Source: Candidatus Hadarchaeales archaeon (GTDB taxonomy: Archaea > Hadarchaeota > Hadarchaeia > Hadarchaeales > Hadarchaeaceae). Taken from it: a DNA stretch of 32,000 nt. The notes under the pieces were generated by a model that saw nothing but the letters and a program-made list of their open reading frames with translations, had not been told where the DNA came from and searched no databases. This document shows positions 24,905-32,000 of the stretch, in pieces (within the stretch, counting starts at the first letter, position 1; each line of letters begins with the position of its first letter). The stretch is taken from the NCBI GenBank assembly GCA_038823825.1, contig JAWBCC010000004.1, positions 30,001 to 62,000 on the forward strand. Direction: 5' to 3'. The translations under genes and the position numbers were made by a program.

Positions 24905-25761
24905 TAATTCCCAATTTTTGCCATCCACTCTAATCTTTTTATACGCTCCTCTGTTGGCGGATGGGTTGAGAAGAGAGAGGCCAATGAAACACCACGGAAT
25001 GGATTCACAATGAAGAGATGGGTGGTCGATGGATTTCCATGATCTAACGGACGCCTAATAACGCTTTCTTGAATCTTTCTCAGGGCTCTCGCTAAAGCTA
25101 GCGGTTTTTTAGAAATCGAGGCACCGGCGGCATCTGCCTCATATTCTCTACCCCGAGAGATAGCAAGCCTGACGAGCATAGCAGCGAAAGGAATGATGGG
25201 GAGAAGCAGTAGAAACAACGGAGATCCCTTCTGTTCCCGTCGCCCACCAGCCAAGAAGGCGAAATAAAACACGTATGTTATTGCCGCTCCGATTATAGCC
25301 GCAATCGTGTTGATCAACATGTCCCGGTTTTTCACATGGGCGACTTCATGGGCAAGGACTCCTTCAAGTTCTTCTTCTGACAGAAGGTCGAGGGCTCCTC
25401 TTGTAACCGCGACAACGGAGTGAGAGGGTGATCTTCCGGTTGCAAAAGCGTTCGGAACATCTGACGGAACAATGGCGATCTTTGGTTTCGGAATTCCAGC
25501 ATTCTTAGCCAAACGTTCTACTATCTTATGGAGCACCGGGTGTTCCTCCTCACTAACCACCTTGGCGCGGTACATAGAAAGCACCCACTTATCTGCATAG
25601 AAATACATGAACAAGTTTAGCGCTATCGCTAGCATGAAGGCGAAGGTAAGAGTGCTGCTAATCGACAAGCCTGTCAAGTAACCCACTATCCAGCCGATTG
25701 CAAGCAGAAGCCCCGTCAGAATACTCATCAGCAGGGCTGTCCGTACTGTTCCGCTCATCAA
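24901..25761 (-). CDS. htpX: Zinc metalloprotease HtpX (peptidase M48)
   Basis: 286 aa with HEVAHVKNRD (HExxH) and four hydrophobic segments. TTG 25761 is immediately followed by ATG 25758. A TATA-like tataaaaag (25786-25794, read on the minus strand) lies ~30 nt upstream. Confidence 0.9.
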   Translation of the reverse strand: MMSGTVRTALLMSILTGLLLAIGWIVGYLTGLSISSTLTFAFMLAIALNLFMYFYADKWVLSMYRAKVVSEEEHPVLHKIVERLAKNAGIPKPKIAIVPSDVPNAFATGRSPSHSVVAVTRGALDLLSEEELEGVLAHEVAHVKNRDMLINTIAAIIGAAITYVFYFAFLAGGRREQKGSPLFLLLLPIIPFAAMLVRLAISRGREYEADAAGASISKKPLALARALRKIQESVIRRPLDHGNPSTTHLFIVNPFRGVSLASLFSTHPPTEERIKRLEWMAKIGNY

Positions 25762-25868
25762 TATCTGGTATTGGCGGCGAGGCAGTATAAAAAGAATTCT
25801 CTCAGTGCTCTTTTTTGTACTTTCTTTTAAAGGGGTTCCCTATTGTGAAAATTCGAGCCGAAACCGGA

Positions 25869-26912
25869 CTAAATGACGCCGGTGATTTTTGCCAGCCGCT
25901 CCGCTTCTTTTCTGCCAAGTCCGCCGCCGAGCACGGTGTATCTCTCAGGACGAATTTTGTGGGCAATTGTCAAAGCTTTGACAATGTATTTCGGAGGTAT
26001 ACCTAATTCTTTGGCCGTGGTCGGAGCTCCGATTGTTTTTAGAGCATTTCTTATGATCTCCCAATCTCCACCTTGAAGATATGACATCATTATCGCACCA
26101 ACGCCGCATTGCTCGCCATGGAGAGCTGGTTTAGGAGCAACCATGTCGAGAGCGTGACTAAAAAGATGTTCCGAACCGCTGGCCGGCCTGCTGCTTCCGG
26201 CAATTGCCATGGCAACTCCACTTGATATCAAAGATTTAACGACTTTTCTCACGCTTTCTTCTGTGTATCGCTTAATCACCTTCGCGTTTGCGATTATTAG
26301 CTCCGCGCTGACAATGGAAAGGGTTGCTGCATATTCACTGTAAGGCTCACCTTTGAAGTCTCGAGCGAGTTGCCAATCCCTGACAGCTGTTATGTTGGCA
26401 ACTAAATCCCCACAACCGGAGGCAAGCAATCTGTAAGGGGCTTTTTTGATGATTGCTGTGTCTGCGATTATCGCGATTGGTGCGTGCGCCTGAATTGAAA
26501 CCGGTGATCCGTTATCTCTTACGGATGCCCGCGAGGAAGCAATTCCGTCATGCGAAGCTGCCGTTGGAACTGAAATGAATGGTTTTCCCTCATAGAATGA
26601 GGCCAACTTTGCTACGTCGATGGATTTTCCACCCCCTACTCCCACGAAGAAAGAAACGCCCTTTGAAGACTTTCTAACTTTCTCCACAACCTCCGAGTTT
26701 GCATCTGATATCAGGGAAACCGATGGTTTTATACCGGCTTCGCGCAGTTTTCTTTCCACCGTCCGACCGGCGATATCATACGTTGTTTTGTCAGCCACTA
26801 TCAGAGCCTCACCATGCAGGTCGAGAGCTTGACAAACCTCGGGGATCTTTTCAAGAACAGCACGACCAACCCAAATTTCCCTAGCTAGTTGTATGCGTTT
26901 AGGTTCTTTCAT
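25869..26912 (-). CDS. egsA: sn-glycerol-1-phosphate dehydrogenase
   Basis: 347 aa, iron-ADH/DHQS-like fold (VGVGGGKSIDVAK, ASHDGI, GSEHLFSH, HGEQCG). Size and motifs fit archaeal G1PDH. Confidence 0.88.
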   Translation of the reverse strand: MKEPKRIQLAREIWVGRAVLEKIPEVCQALDLHGEALIVADKTTYDIAGRTVERKLREAGIKPSVSLISDANSEVVEKVRKSSKGVSFFVGVGGGKSIDVAKLASFYEGKPFISVPTAASHDGIASSRASVRDNGSPVSIQAHAPIAIIADTAIIKKAPYRLLASGCGDLVANITAVRDWQLARDFKGEPYSEYAATLSIVSAELIIANAKVIKRYTEESVRKVVKSLISSGVAMAIAGSSRPASGSEHLFSHALDMVAPKPALHGEQCGVGAIMMSYLQGGDWEIIRNALKTIGAPTTAKELGIPPKYIVKALTIAHKIRPERYTVLGGGLGRKEAERLAKITGVI

Positions 26913-27010
26913 CTCTTTCCACTTACGCCTTCACATAAAAATAGACCGCGGTAATCGTCCTCCGAGCAGGTTTATCATAAAGACTTTTAAGGTTGGAAAA
27001 TTCAGAGTAA

Positions 27011-27664
27011 ATGGTCGATTCTGTGATGTCTGAAGAGAAGTTGAAATATCTAAAGGGAACCACAACAGTCGGTGTCGTGTGTCGCGATGGGGTGGTTCTG
27101 GCAACCGACAGTAGGGCTACTGCGGGATATCTGATAGCCAGCAAAATTGCAAAAAAAATATACAAAGTTACTGACCACATCGCATTTACGACCGCCGGGG
27201 GGGTGGCGGATACGCAAAAACTGGTAGAATGGCTGAGAGCGGAAGCAGGTTATCATCAAACAAGTTTGGGAAAACCTATGAGTGTGTCTGCCTGCGCTAG
27301 GCTTTTAGCGAATATAATGAACATATACTCGGTATACTATCCCTTCATCGCAAACATCTTGGTTGGCGGGGTTGATCGCTCCGGTCCTCAGTTATATTTT
27401 GTGGACATCGATGGAGGCATGACAAAAGAAACAATGGCCGCAACAGGATCTGGATCTCCAGTCGCTTACGGAATTCTTGAAAATGAAATCGAAGAAGACA
27501 TGCGGGTTAAGGAGGTCCTACCGATTGCCGTTAAAGCCGTCAGAACGGCAATGAAGAGAGATGTCGGAAGCGGTAATACGGTAGCCGCCGGCACGGTGAC
27601 TTGGGAGGAAGGATACCGGGAGCTTTCACCTGAAGAAATTGCGGCCTTACTAACAAAACATTAG
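27011..27664 (+). CDS. psmB: Proteasome subunit beta
   Basis: 217 aa. The propeptide ends in the cleavage site LKG|TTTVGVVCRDGVVLATDSRAT, with GSGS further downstream. Confidence 0.92.
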   Translation: MVDSVMSEEKLKYLKGTTTVGVVCRDGVVLATDSRATAGYLIASKIAKKIYKVTDHIAFTTAGGVADTQKLVEWLRAEAGYHQTSLGKPMSVSACARLLANIMNIYSVYYPFIANILVGGVDRSGPQLYFVDIDGGMTKETMAATGSGSPVAYGILENEIEEDMRVKEVLPIAVKAVRTAMKRDVGSGNTVAAGTVTWEEGYRELSPEEIAALLTKH

Positions 27665-27673
27665 CTGTTAAAG

Positions 27674-29596
27674 ATGAAACCGAAAAATTCTGTAGAAAAA
27701 TCCGAGGTGCTTGAGGAGATAAAGAAGATTGTTCGAGAAGAGAGCCCATTCGGGTCCTCCGTGCTGGATGTGGACTTCGAGGGTCCCAGAGTCGTCCTCT
27801 ACTGTAAGGACCTGACACCTATTGCCCAGAGCGGGGAAGCTATCAAAGAACTGGCGAAACGCCTGCGCAAGCGAATAATTTTAAGACCCCACCCGAGTCT
27901 TCTGGTCCCGAAAGAAGAAGCCGAGAAAATAATCCGTGAAATCGTTCCGCCCGAAGCCGGAGTAGAAGGCGTAGTTTTCAGCGAAGACGTTGGGGAAGTC
28001 GTGATAGAAGCCAAAAAGCCCGGATTGGCTGTTGGAAAAGATGGAGCAGTTTTGAGAGAAATAATGCACAGAATAGGATGGACGCCGAGGATTGTCCGAG
28101 CACTGCCGGTCGAATCCGATCTTGTCAAGAGCATAAGACTTCTGATGATCCAAACTGGAGCAAGCAGAAGGGAAATTCTCCGCCACATCGGAAGAAGGAT
28201 ATACAGAGGTAGAAAGGCAACAGAACAATGGATAAGAGTAACTTCATTGGGTGGAGCAAGAGAGGTTGGAAGGTCTTGTTTACTGCTGCAAACTGCGGAG
28301 AGTAGCATAATGATTGACTGCGGAATAAACGTCGCATCTGAAGAGAAAGCATATCCCTACGTCAACGCACCAGAACTGGATCTCGACAACTTGGACGCCG
28401 TAGTCATCAGTCACGCACACTTGGATCACTGCGGATATCTGCCAATTCTCTTCAAAATGGGTTATGATGGCCCGGTTTACTGCACGGCGCCAACGAGGGA
28501 CCTCGCTGTTCTTCTCATGCTGGATTTCCTAGAAATTGCGGGAAGAGAAGGTAAAGAGATGCCATACGACAAGCGAGATATATCTAAATTCCTTTCCCAT
28601 ACGATCACGCTTGAATACGGCGACGTGACTGATGTTTCTCCTGACGTCAGGGTTACATTACACAACGCTGGACATATCTTGGGCTCTGCTGTTGTACACT
28701 TCCACATAGGAGATGGACTTTACAACGTGGTCTACACTGGGGACATAAAATTTGATAAAACGAGGCTCTTCTCTCCCGCCGCATATGGTTTTCCGCGAGC
28801 CGAAACCGTGATAATCGAAAGCACCTATGGGGGTCCGCAAGACATCATGCCTACTAGAGAGGAATCCGAGCAAGAGTTCATTAAAACCGTACTTGAAACA
28901 ATCGAGCGTGGAGGCAAAGTTCTGGTTCCGGCATTCTCCGTTGGAAGATCGCAGGAAATCATGGTCTTGCTCGACGAGTATGTCAGACGCGGAGTGATAC
29001 ATGACATTCCGATTTATTTGGATGGAATGATATGGGAGGCCACCACAATACACACCGCCTACCCCGAATATCTGTCGAAGGAGTTGCGCGACCTTATTTT
29101 CAAAGAAGAAGAGAATCCTCTGATATCAGAGATTTTCACTAAAGTCAAAGATGCCGATGCTAGGCAGGAAGTGATAGAAGGACCGCCCTGTGTGATAATA
29201 TCGACCTCTGGTATGATGACTGGTGGCCCGGTTATGGATTATTTCAAGAAGTTGGCTCCGGATCCAAGAAACACGCTCGTTTTTGTCGGGTATCAGGCAG
29301 AGGGATCGCTCGGAAGACGCATTCAAAAGGGCTGGAAAGAAATACCGATAATTGAGGAAGGAAAGATAAAGGAAATCAAGGTTGAAATGGAAGTGAAGAC
29401 TATTGAAGGATTTAGCGGACACTCCGACAGAGACCAGCTTCTTAACTATCTGAAGAGGATAACACCTAAACCGACTAGGGTCATCTGTGTTCATGGAGAA
29501 GAGAGCAAGTGCCTAGCCTTCGCCAGCACCGTTCATAAGCTATTCCGTGTGGAAACGAGAGTTCCCATGAACTTGGAAACCATTAGGTTTTACTGA
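27674..29596 (+). CDS. fttA: aCPSF1 / FttA-type beta-CASP ribonuclease with two N-terminal KH domains
   Basis: 640 aa. KH regions (GLAVGKDGAVLREI), the metallo-beta-lactamase motif ISHAHLDHCG, beta-CASP motifs (IESTYG, FSGHSD, VHGE) and the typical C-terminal ...NLETIRFY. Confidence 0.93.
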   Translation: MKPKNSVEKSEVLEEIKKIVREESPFGSSVLDVDFEGPRVVLYCKDLTPIAQSGEAIKELAKRLRKRIILRPHPSLLVPKEEAEKIIREIVPPEAGVEGVVFSEDVGEVVIEAKKPGLAVGKDGAVLREIMHRIGWTPRIVRALPVESDLVKSIRLLMIQTGASRREILRHIGRRIYRGRKATEQWIRVTSLGGAREVGRSCLLLQTAESSIMIDCGINVASEEKAYPYVNAPELDLDNLDAVVISHAHLDHCGYLPILFKMGYDGPVYCTAPTRDLAVLLMLDFLEIAGREGKEMPYDKRDISKFLSHTITLEYGDVTDVSPDVRVTLHNAGHILGSAVVHFHIGDGLYNVVYTGDIKFDKTRLFSPAAYGFPRAETVIIESTYGGPQDIMPTREESEQEFIKTVLETIERGGKVLVPAFSVGRSQEIMVLLDEYVRRGVIHDIPIYLDGMIWEATTIHTAYPEYLSKELRDLIFKEEENPLISEIFTKVKDADARQEVIEGPPCVIISTSGMMTGGPVMDYFKKLAPDPRNTLVFVGYQAEGSLGRRIQKGWKEIPIIEEGKIKEIKVEMEVKTIEGFSGHSDRDQLLNYLKRITPKPTRVICVHGEESKCLAFASTVHKLFRVETRVPMNLETIRFY

Positions 29597-30118
29597 CTTC
29601 AAGGGAATCCTTTTAGCGCGGGGATGGATTATTGCGCTCAGGCCACGTTCATCCGATATCACTATAACGGCTGTTCTTTTCCCCTCTTTGATTTCTTCTA
29701 TCATGCGTAACTTTTCCTCACCCTCTCTTTTTTCATCTTCACCTGCGCTTTTCGTTGCCATGAGTATTGCATCAGAAATTCTATTCAAAACTCCCTCTAT
29801 GTTGGACACGAAACCCTGACTGGCCGGGCCGGGATAAACGGTGACTCCTAAGGTTGGGATCGTGATCACACCAGTGCTCGAGCGCACGACTCTAACGGAC
29901 ATATCATCGCTCGATGTTATCTCGAATTCGTAGCGAGCCGGTTCTTTCTCCTCCGTGTGCATTATATCCGCATGCTTGAAGCCGCATGCAGAACAATAAA
30001 CAAGACTTTCAATCGTTTCTCCGAAGTATGGAATGTCATGAATTTTTCCGAGAAAGGTGCAGGTGCCACTACTACCACAAAATGGACATCTTTCTATCGG
30101 AGCCCTGAATTCTCTCAT
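29540..30118 (-). CDS. ZPR1-type zinc-finger protein
   Basis: 192 aa. CPFCG...x...CSACG zinc ribbon followed by a ZPR1 beta-domain pattern (ARYEFEITSSDDMSVRVVRSSTGVITIPTLGV). The ATG overlaps the sepF stop as ATGA. The 3' end overlaps aCPSF1 convergently by 57 nt. Confidence 0.72.
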   Translation of the reverse strand: MREFRAPIERCPFCGSSGTCTFLGKIHDIPYFGETIESLVYCSACGFKHADIMHTEEKEPARYEFEITSSDDMSVRVVRSSTGVITIPTLGVTVYPGPASQGFVSNIEGVLNRISDAILMATKSAGEDEKREGEEKLRMIEEIKEGKRTAVIVISDERGLSAIIHPRAKRIPLKSVKPNGFQVHGNSRFHTE

Positions 30119-30504
30119 TGGGTGCCAGCCTGAACTTCCTTTCTGGAAAGAATTTTCACAAATCTTGGAGTCATTATTATCTTTGTGTCTGTTATCTTTC
30201 CTATATCTCCGCCGATCTTCCTGGCTGATTCTTTTAATTCCTCTATAGCCTGCTTGAGTTCCTCAGGATTTCTCTGCATAACGTCACTGATGTCGATTAT
30301 CAATATGTTTCCTTCTGAAACCTCTTCGGAGATTTTGACGACGTCTGCTATACCACTTAAATCCATGCTCTTGACATACACCGCCTCAAGCTCCGGACCC
30401 GAAGATAAAGAAGATGTCTCAACTTCAGCTATGGGTACCTCACTCATTAATGAGGGGGTTTCTTCCTTTTTCTTCTTTCTGAGCAGTTTATCCAACAGTG
30501 CCAA
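30115..30504 (-). CDS. sepF: Cell division protein SepF homologue
   Basis: 129 aa from TTG 30504. An N-terminal amphipathic/basic ALLDKLLRKKKK and a linker are followed by the SepF core pattern (VYVKSMDLSGIADVVKISEEVSEGNILIIDISDV...IGGDIGKITDTKIIMTPRFVKI). Confidence 0.72.
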   Translation of the reverse strand: MALLDKLLRKKKKEETPSLMSEVPIAEVETSSLSSGPELEAVYVKSMDLSGIADVVKISEEVSEGNILIIDISDVMQRNPEELKQAIEELKESARKIGGDIGKITDTKIIMTPRFVKILSRKEVQAGTQ

Positions 30505-30543
30505 TGTTCCACCTTCTTATCCTTATCTGTGTCTTTTAAGTAT

Positions 30544-31026
30544 TTAATGGATGTAGCTTTTAATCGTTTCCCAAAACTCGTCTCCAACGTGGTGAAGATT
30601 CTCCACGATTTTTCCGCTCCTTCCGACGGCCTCTGAGGAGGGAACAAGGGCCTTTCCGACTGCAAGGGCCTTTTGATGTTTTTCCTCGACAACTATCACT
30701 AGATCTCCAGGAGAGAAATCCGTGACCGATTTCACACCTTTTCCCATCACGTCGGCTCCTCTGCAGATTGGGGCAACGGCGCCCATATCCACAACAACGC
30801 GGGCTTTTATCAAATTTTCAGCGATTGGCAAAGGAGGTATGAATTCATTTCCGATCAAAATGAGAAGCGGCTCTCCGGATGAGAATATGAGCTTACCCTT
30901 CGAAAATTCCCATACTTCAACATCGTGCTTGGATATCCTGCAGGCGATGTCGGGAAGAGTGGCACTAACTAGTTGTGAAAGCTCGCGAATTTTGTCCTTT
31001 CTCAGATGGTATCTTTTGATCTCCAT
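30544..31026 (-). CDS. PUA-domain RNA-binding protein (pre-PUA + PUA, MCT-1/Tma20-like)
   Basis: 160 aa. The C-terminal VVVDMGAVAPICRGADVMGKGV...GDLVIVVEEKHQKALAVGKAL is a PUA pattern. Confidence 0.72.
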   Translation of the reverse strand: MEIKRYHLRKDKIRELSQLVSATLPDIACRISKHDVEVWEFSKGKLIFSSGEPLLILIGNEFIPPLPIAENLIKARVVVDMGAVAPICRGADVMGKGVKSVTDFSPGDLVIVVEEKHQKALAVGKALVPSSEAVGRSGKIVENLHHVGDEFWETIKSYIH

Positions 31027-31092
31027 CTTTTCGTGAAATCTGGATGACGATGCTTAAAAATCTCTTTTTCCGAATAAAAATCAGAAAAACGC

Positions 31093-31103
31093 TTAAATAA
31101 ATA
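31093..31103 (+). promoter_or_regulatory. TATA-like box for the SmAP-L37e operon
   Basis: ttaaataaata is centred ~28 nt upstream of ATG 31126 and preceded by a purine-rich BRE-like cagaaaaacgc. Confidence 0.35.
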
Positions 31104-31125
31104 GCGCACGAGAAGAGATGACAAC

Positions 31126-31350
31126 ATGCCTGAAAAACCGTTCGATGCTCTCGGCAGGGCGCTGGGATCAATTGTGCTTGTGGGAGTCAAGGGTGGAAAA
31201 GAGTTTAGAGGGAAACTCGCGGGATTCGACGTTCACGTCAACATCGTATTGGACGAAGCTGAGGAACTTCTGAATGGTGAGGTTAAAAGAAGGTACGGGA
31301 AGCTCATCATAAGAGGGGATAATGTCGTTTATGTCTCGCCTGGGGTGTGA
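31126..31350 (+). CDS. Sm-like archaeal protein (SmAP/LSm)
   Basis: 74 aa with Sm1 (VLVGVKGGKEFRGKLAGFDVHVNIVLDEAEE) and Sm2 (KLIIRGDNVVYV) motifs. It forms the conserved archaeal pairing with L37e. Confidence 0.9.
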   Translation: MPEKPFDALGRALGSIVLVGVKGGKEFRGKLAGFDVHVNIVLDEAEELLNGEVKRRYGKLIIRGDNVVYVSPGV

Positions 31351-31356
31351 TGCTCA

Positions 31357-31548
31357 ATGGTAAAAGGAACTCCATCAATGGGTAAGAGACACAAAGTCAC
31401 ACACTTAAGATGTCGGAGGTGTGGTAGAAGGGCGTACCATGCACAGAAGAAGGTTTGCGCAGCCTGTGGTTTTGGGAGATCTAGAAGAATTCTGAGCTAT
31501 AACTGGAAAAACAAAAAAGTTATGGGAAAGAGAGAAAGACTTCGCTAG
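31357..31548 (+). CDS. rpl37e: 50S ribosomal protein L37e
   Basis: 63 aa. [37 protein letters not shown] is the zinc-ribbon L37e signature. Confidence 0.95.
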   Translation: MVKGTPSMGKRHKVTHLRCRRCGRRAYHAQKKVCAACGFGRSRRILSYNWKNKKVMGKRERLR

Positions 31549-31992
31549 TTATTTCACGATAACCTCTCCGCCGTAGAGGTCTACAACGATTATTTCGTCT
31601 TCAAAAATTCTGAAAAGGATATATTCGCAGGCATAGTTTTCGTTTAGGCTTTTCTCCAGATCTTCGGAGTTTTCCGTGTTTTCAAGCATTTCTTCCGCCA
31701 GCCTTGCAAGATGCTCAAGTCTTAGATATCGCGGAGATGCTCCGGCTTCTACCCTGAGACCGATGACCTCTGCTCCAGAAACGTGAACAAGTCTAGAAGG
31801 TATGAAAACAGAAATCCGAAGACTTCCGTCCGGCAACCACATAAGATTCAAAGAATTTTCGGCGATAGGGTAAACTACGATTTGTCTGAAACCCGAGTAT
31901 TCCCAGCCGGATTGAATGCGTGAGTTGATATGGGAGATTATTTTCTCCTTAATTTCCGATGAGACTTCACCCTGTCTGCCGCTTTCATACAT
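31549..31992 (-). CDS. Hypothetical protein (no family recognised)
   Basis: 147-aa ORF with ATG 31992. Its stop directly abuts the L37e stop (zero gap, convergent). Composition is ordinary, not antisense-like. Confidence 0.5.
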   Translation of the reverse strand: MYESGRQGEVSSEIKEKIISHINSRIQSGWEYSGFRQIVVYPIAENSLNLMWLPDGSLRISVFIPSRLVHVSGAEVIGLRVEAGASPRYLRLEHLARLAEEMLENTENSEDLEKSLNENYACEYILFRIFEDEIIVVDLYGGEVIVK

Positions 31993-32000
31993 TGCGGTGA

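Noticed and set aside
25762-25868. Largest intergenic gap (107 bp) examined for a small RNA, riboswitch or tRNA
   Set aside because: It contains only a weak short hairpin. An oligo-T stretch (AATTTTC on the minus strand) after the egsA stop and a TATA-like box for htpX explain the space. No tRNA-like cloverleaf or conserved-looking structure was seen.
1-32000. Window-wide look for rRNA/tRNA genes, CRISPR repeats, IS/transposase or integrase genes, toxin-antitoxin pairs and defence systems
   Set aside because: None were seen. All gaps are 107 bp or shorter, no direct repeats with spacers occur, and every long ORF is accounted for by housekeeping or metabolic families or the hypothetical genes listed.

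Overview
Compact archaeal chromosomal segment, more than 90% coding, with the largest non-coding gaps about 100 bp. I support about 37 protein genes. By eye I found no rRNA, tRNA, CRISPR array, IS element or integrase. Archaeal identity rests on aIF5A, Topo VI A/B, G1P dehydrogenase, proteasome beta, aCPSF1, SmAP plus L37e, Sec61-beta, SepF, Nob1/Dim2/Tsr3 and ZPR1/PUA proteins. A eukaryote-type topoisomerase IB alongside Topo VI and SepF suggests a Bathyarchaeia/Thaumarchaeota/Aigarchaeota-like (TACK) lineage; this is inference only. Most genes are housekeeping. Second-look items: (1) a pilin-less type IV filament-type ATPase/platform operon (11750-16129) led by three unrecognisable small genes, with a Cys-rich ~160-aa N-terminal extension on the ATPase; (2) an acetyl-CoA node: a P-loop/DRTGG protein and a fused ADP-forming acetyl-CoA synthetase (ACD), divergent from a CoA-transferase fused to a Pat-type GNAT; (3) a split, reverse-order ACD paralogue pair (16728-18609) lacking both phosphohistidine motifs; (4) adjacent dihydroorotase-like and DHODH/DPD-like paralogues, both with substituted catalytic residues, flanking an SsnA/MtaD-like aminohydrolase (18595-22341); (5) two genes whose homology extends upstream of any canonical start, each fixable by a 1-nt change in a 4-nt homopolymer. 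Family assignments come from motif recognition by eye and memory; no searches were run.
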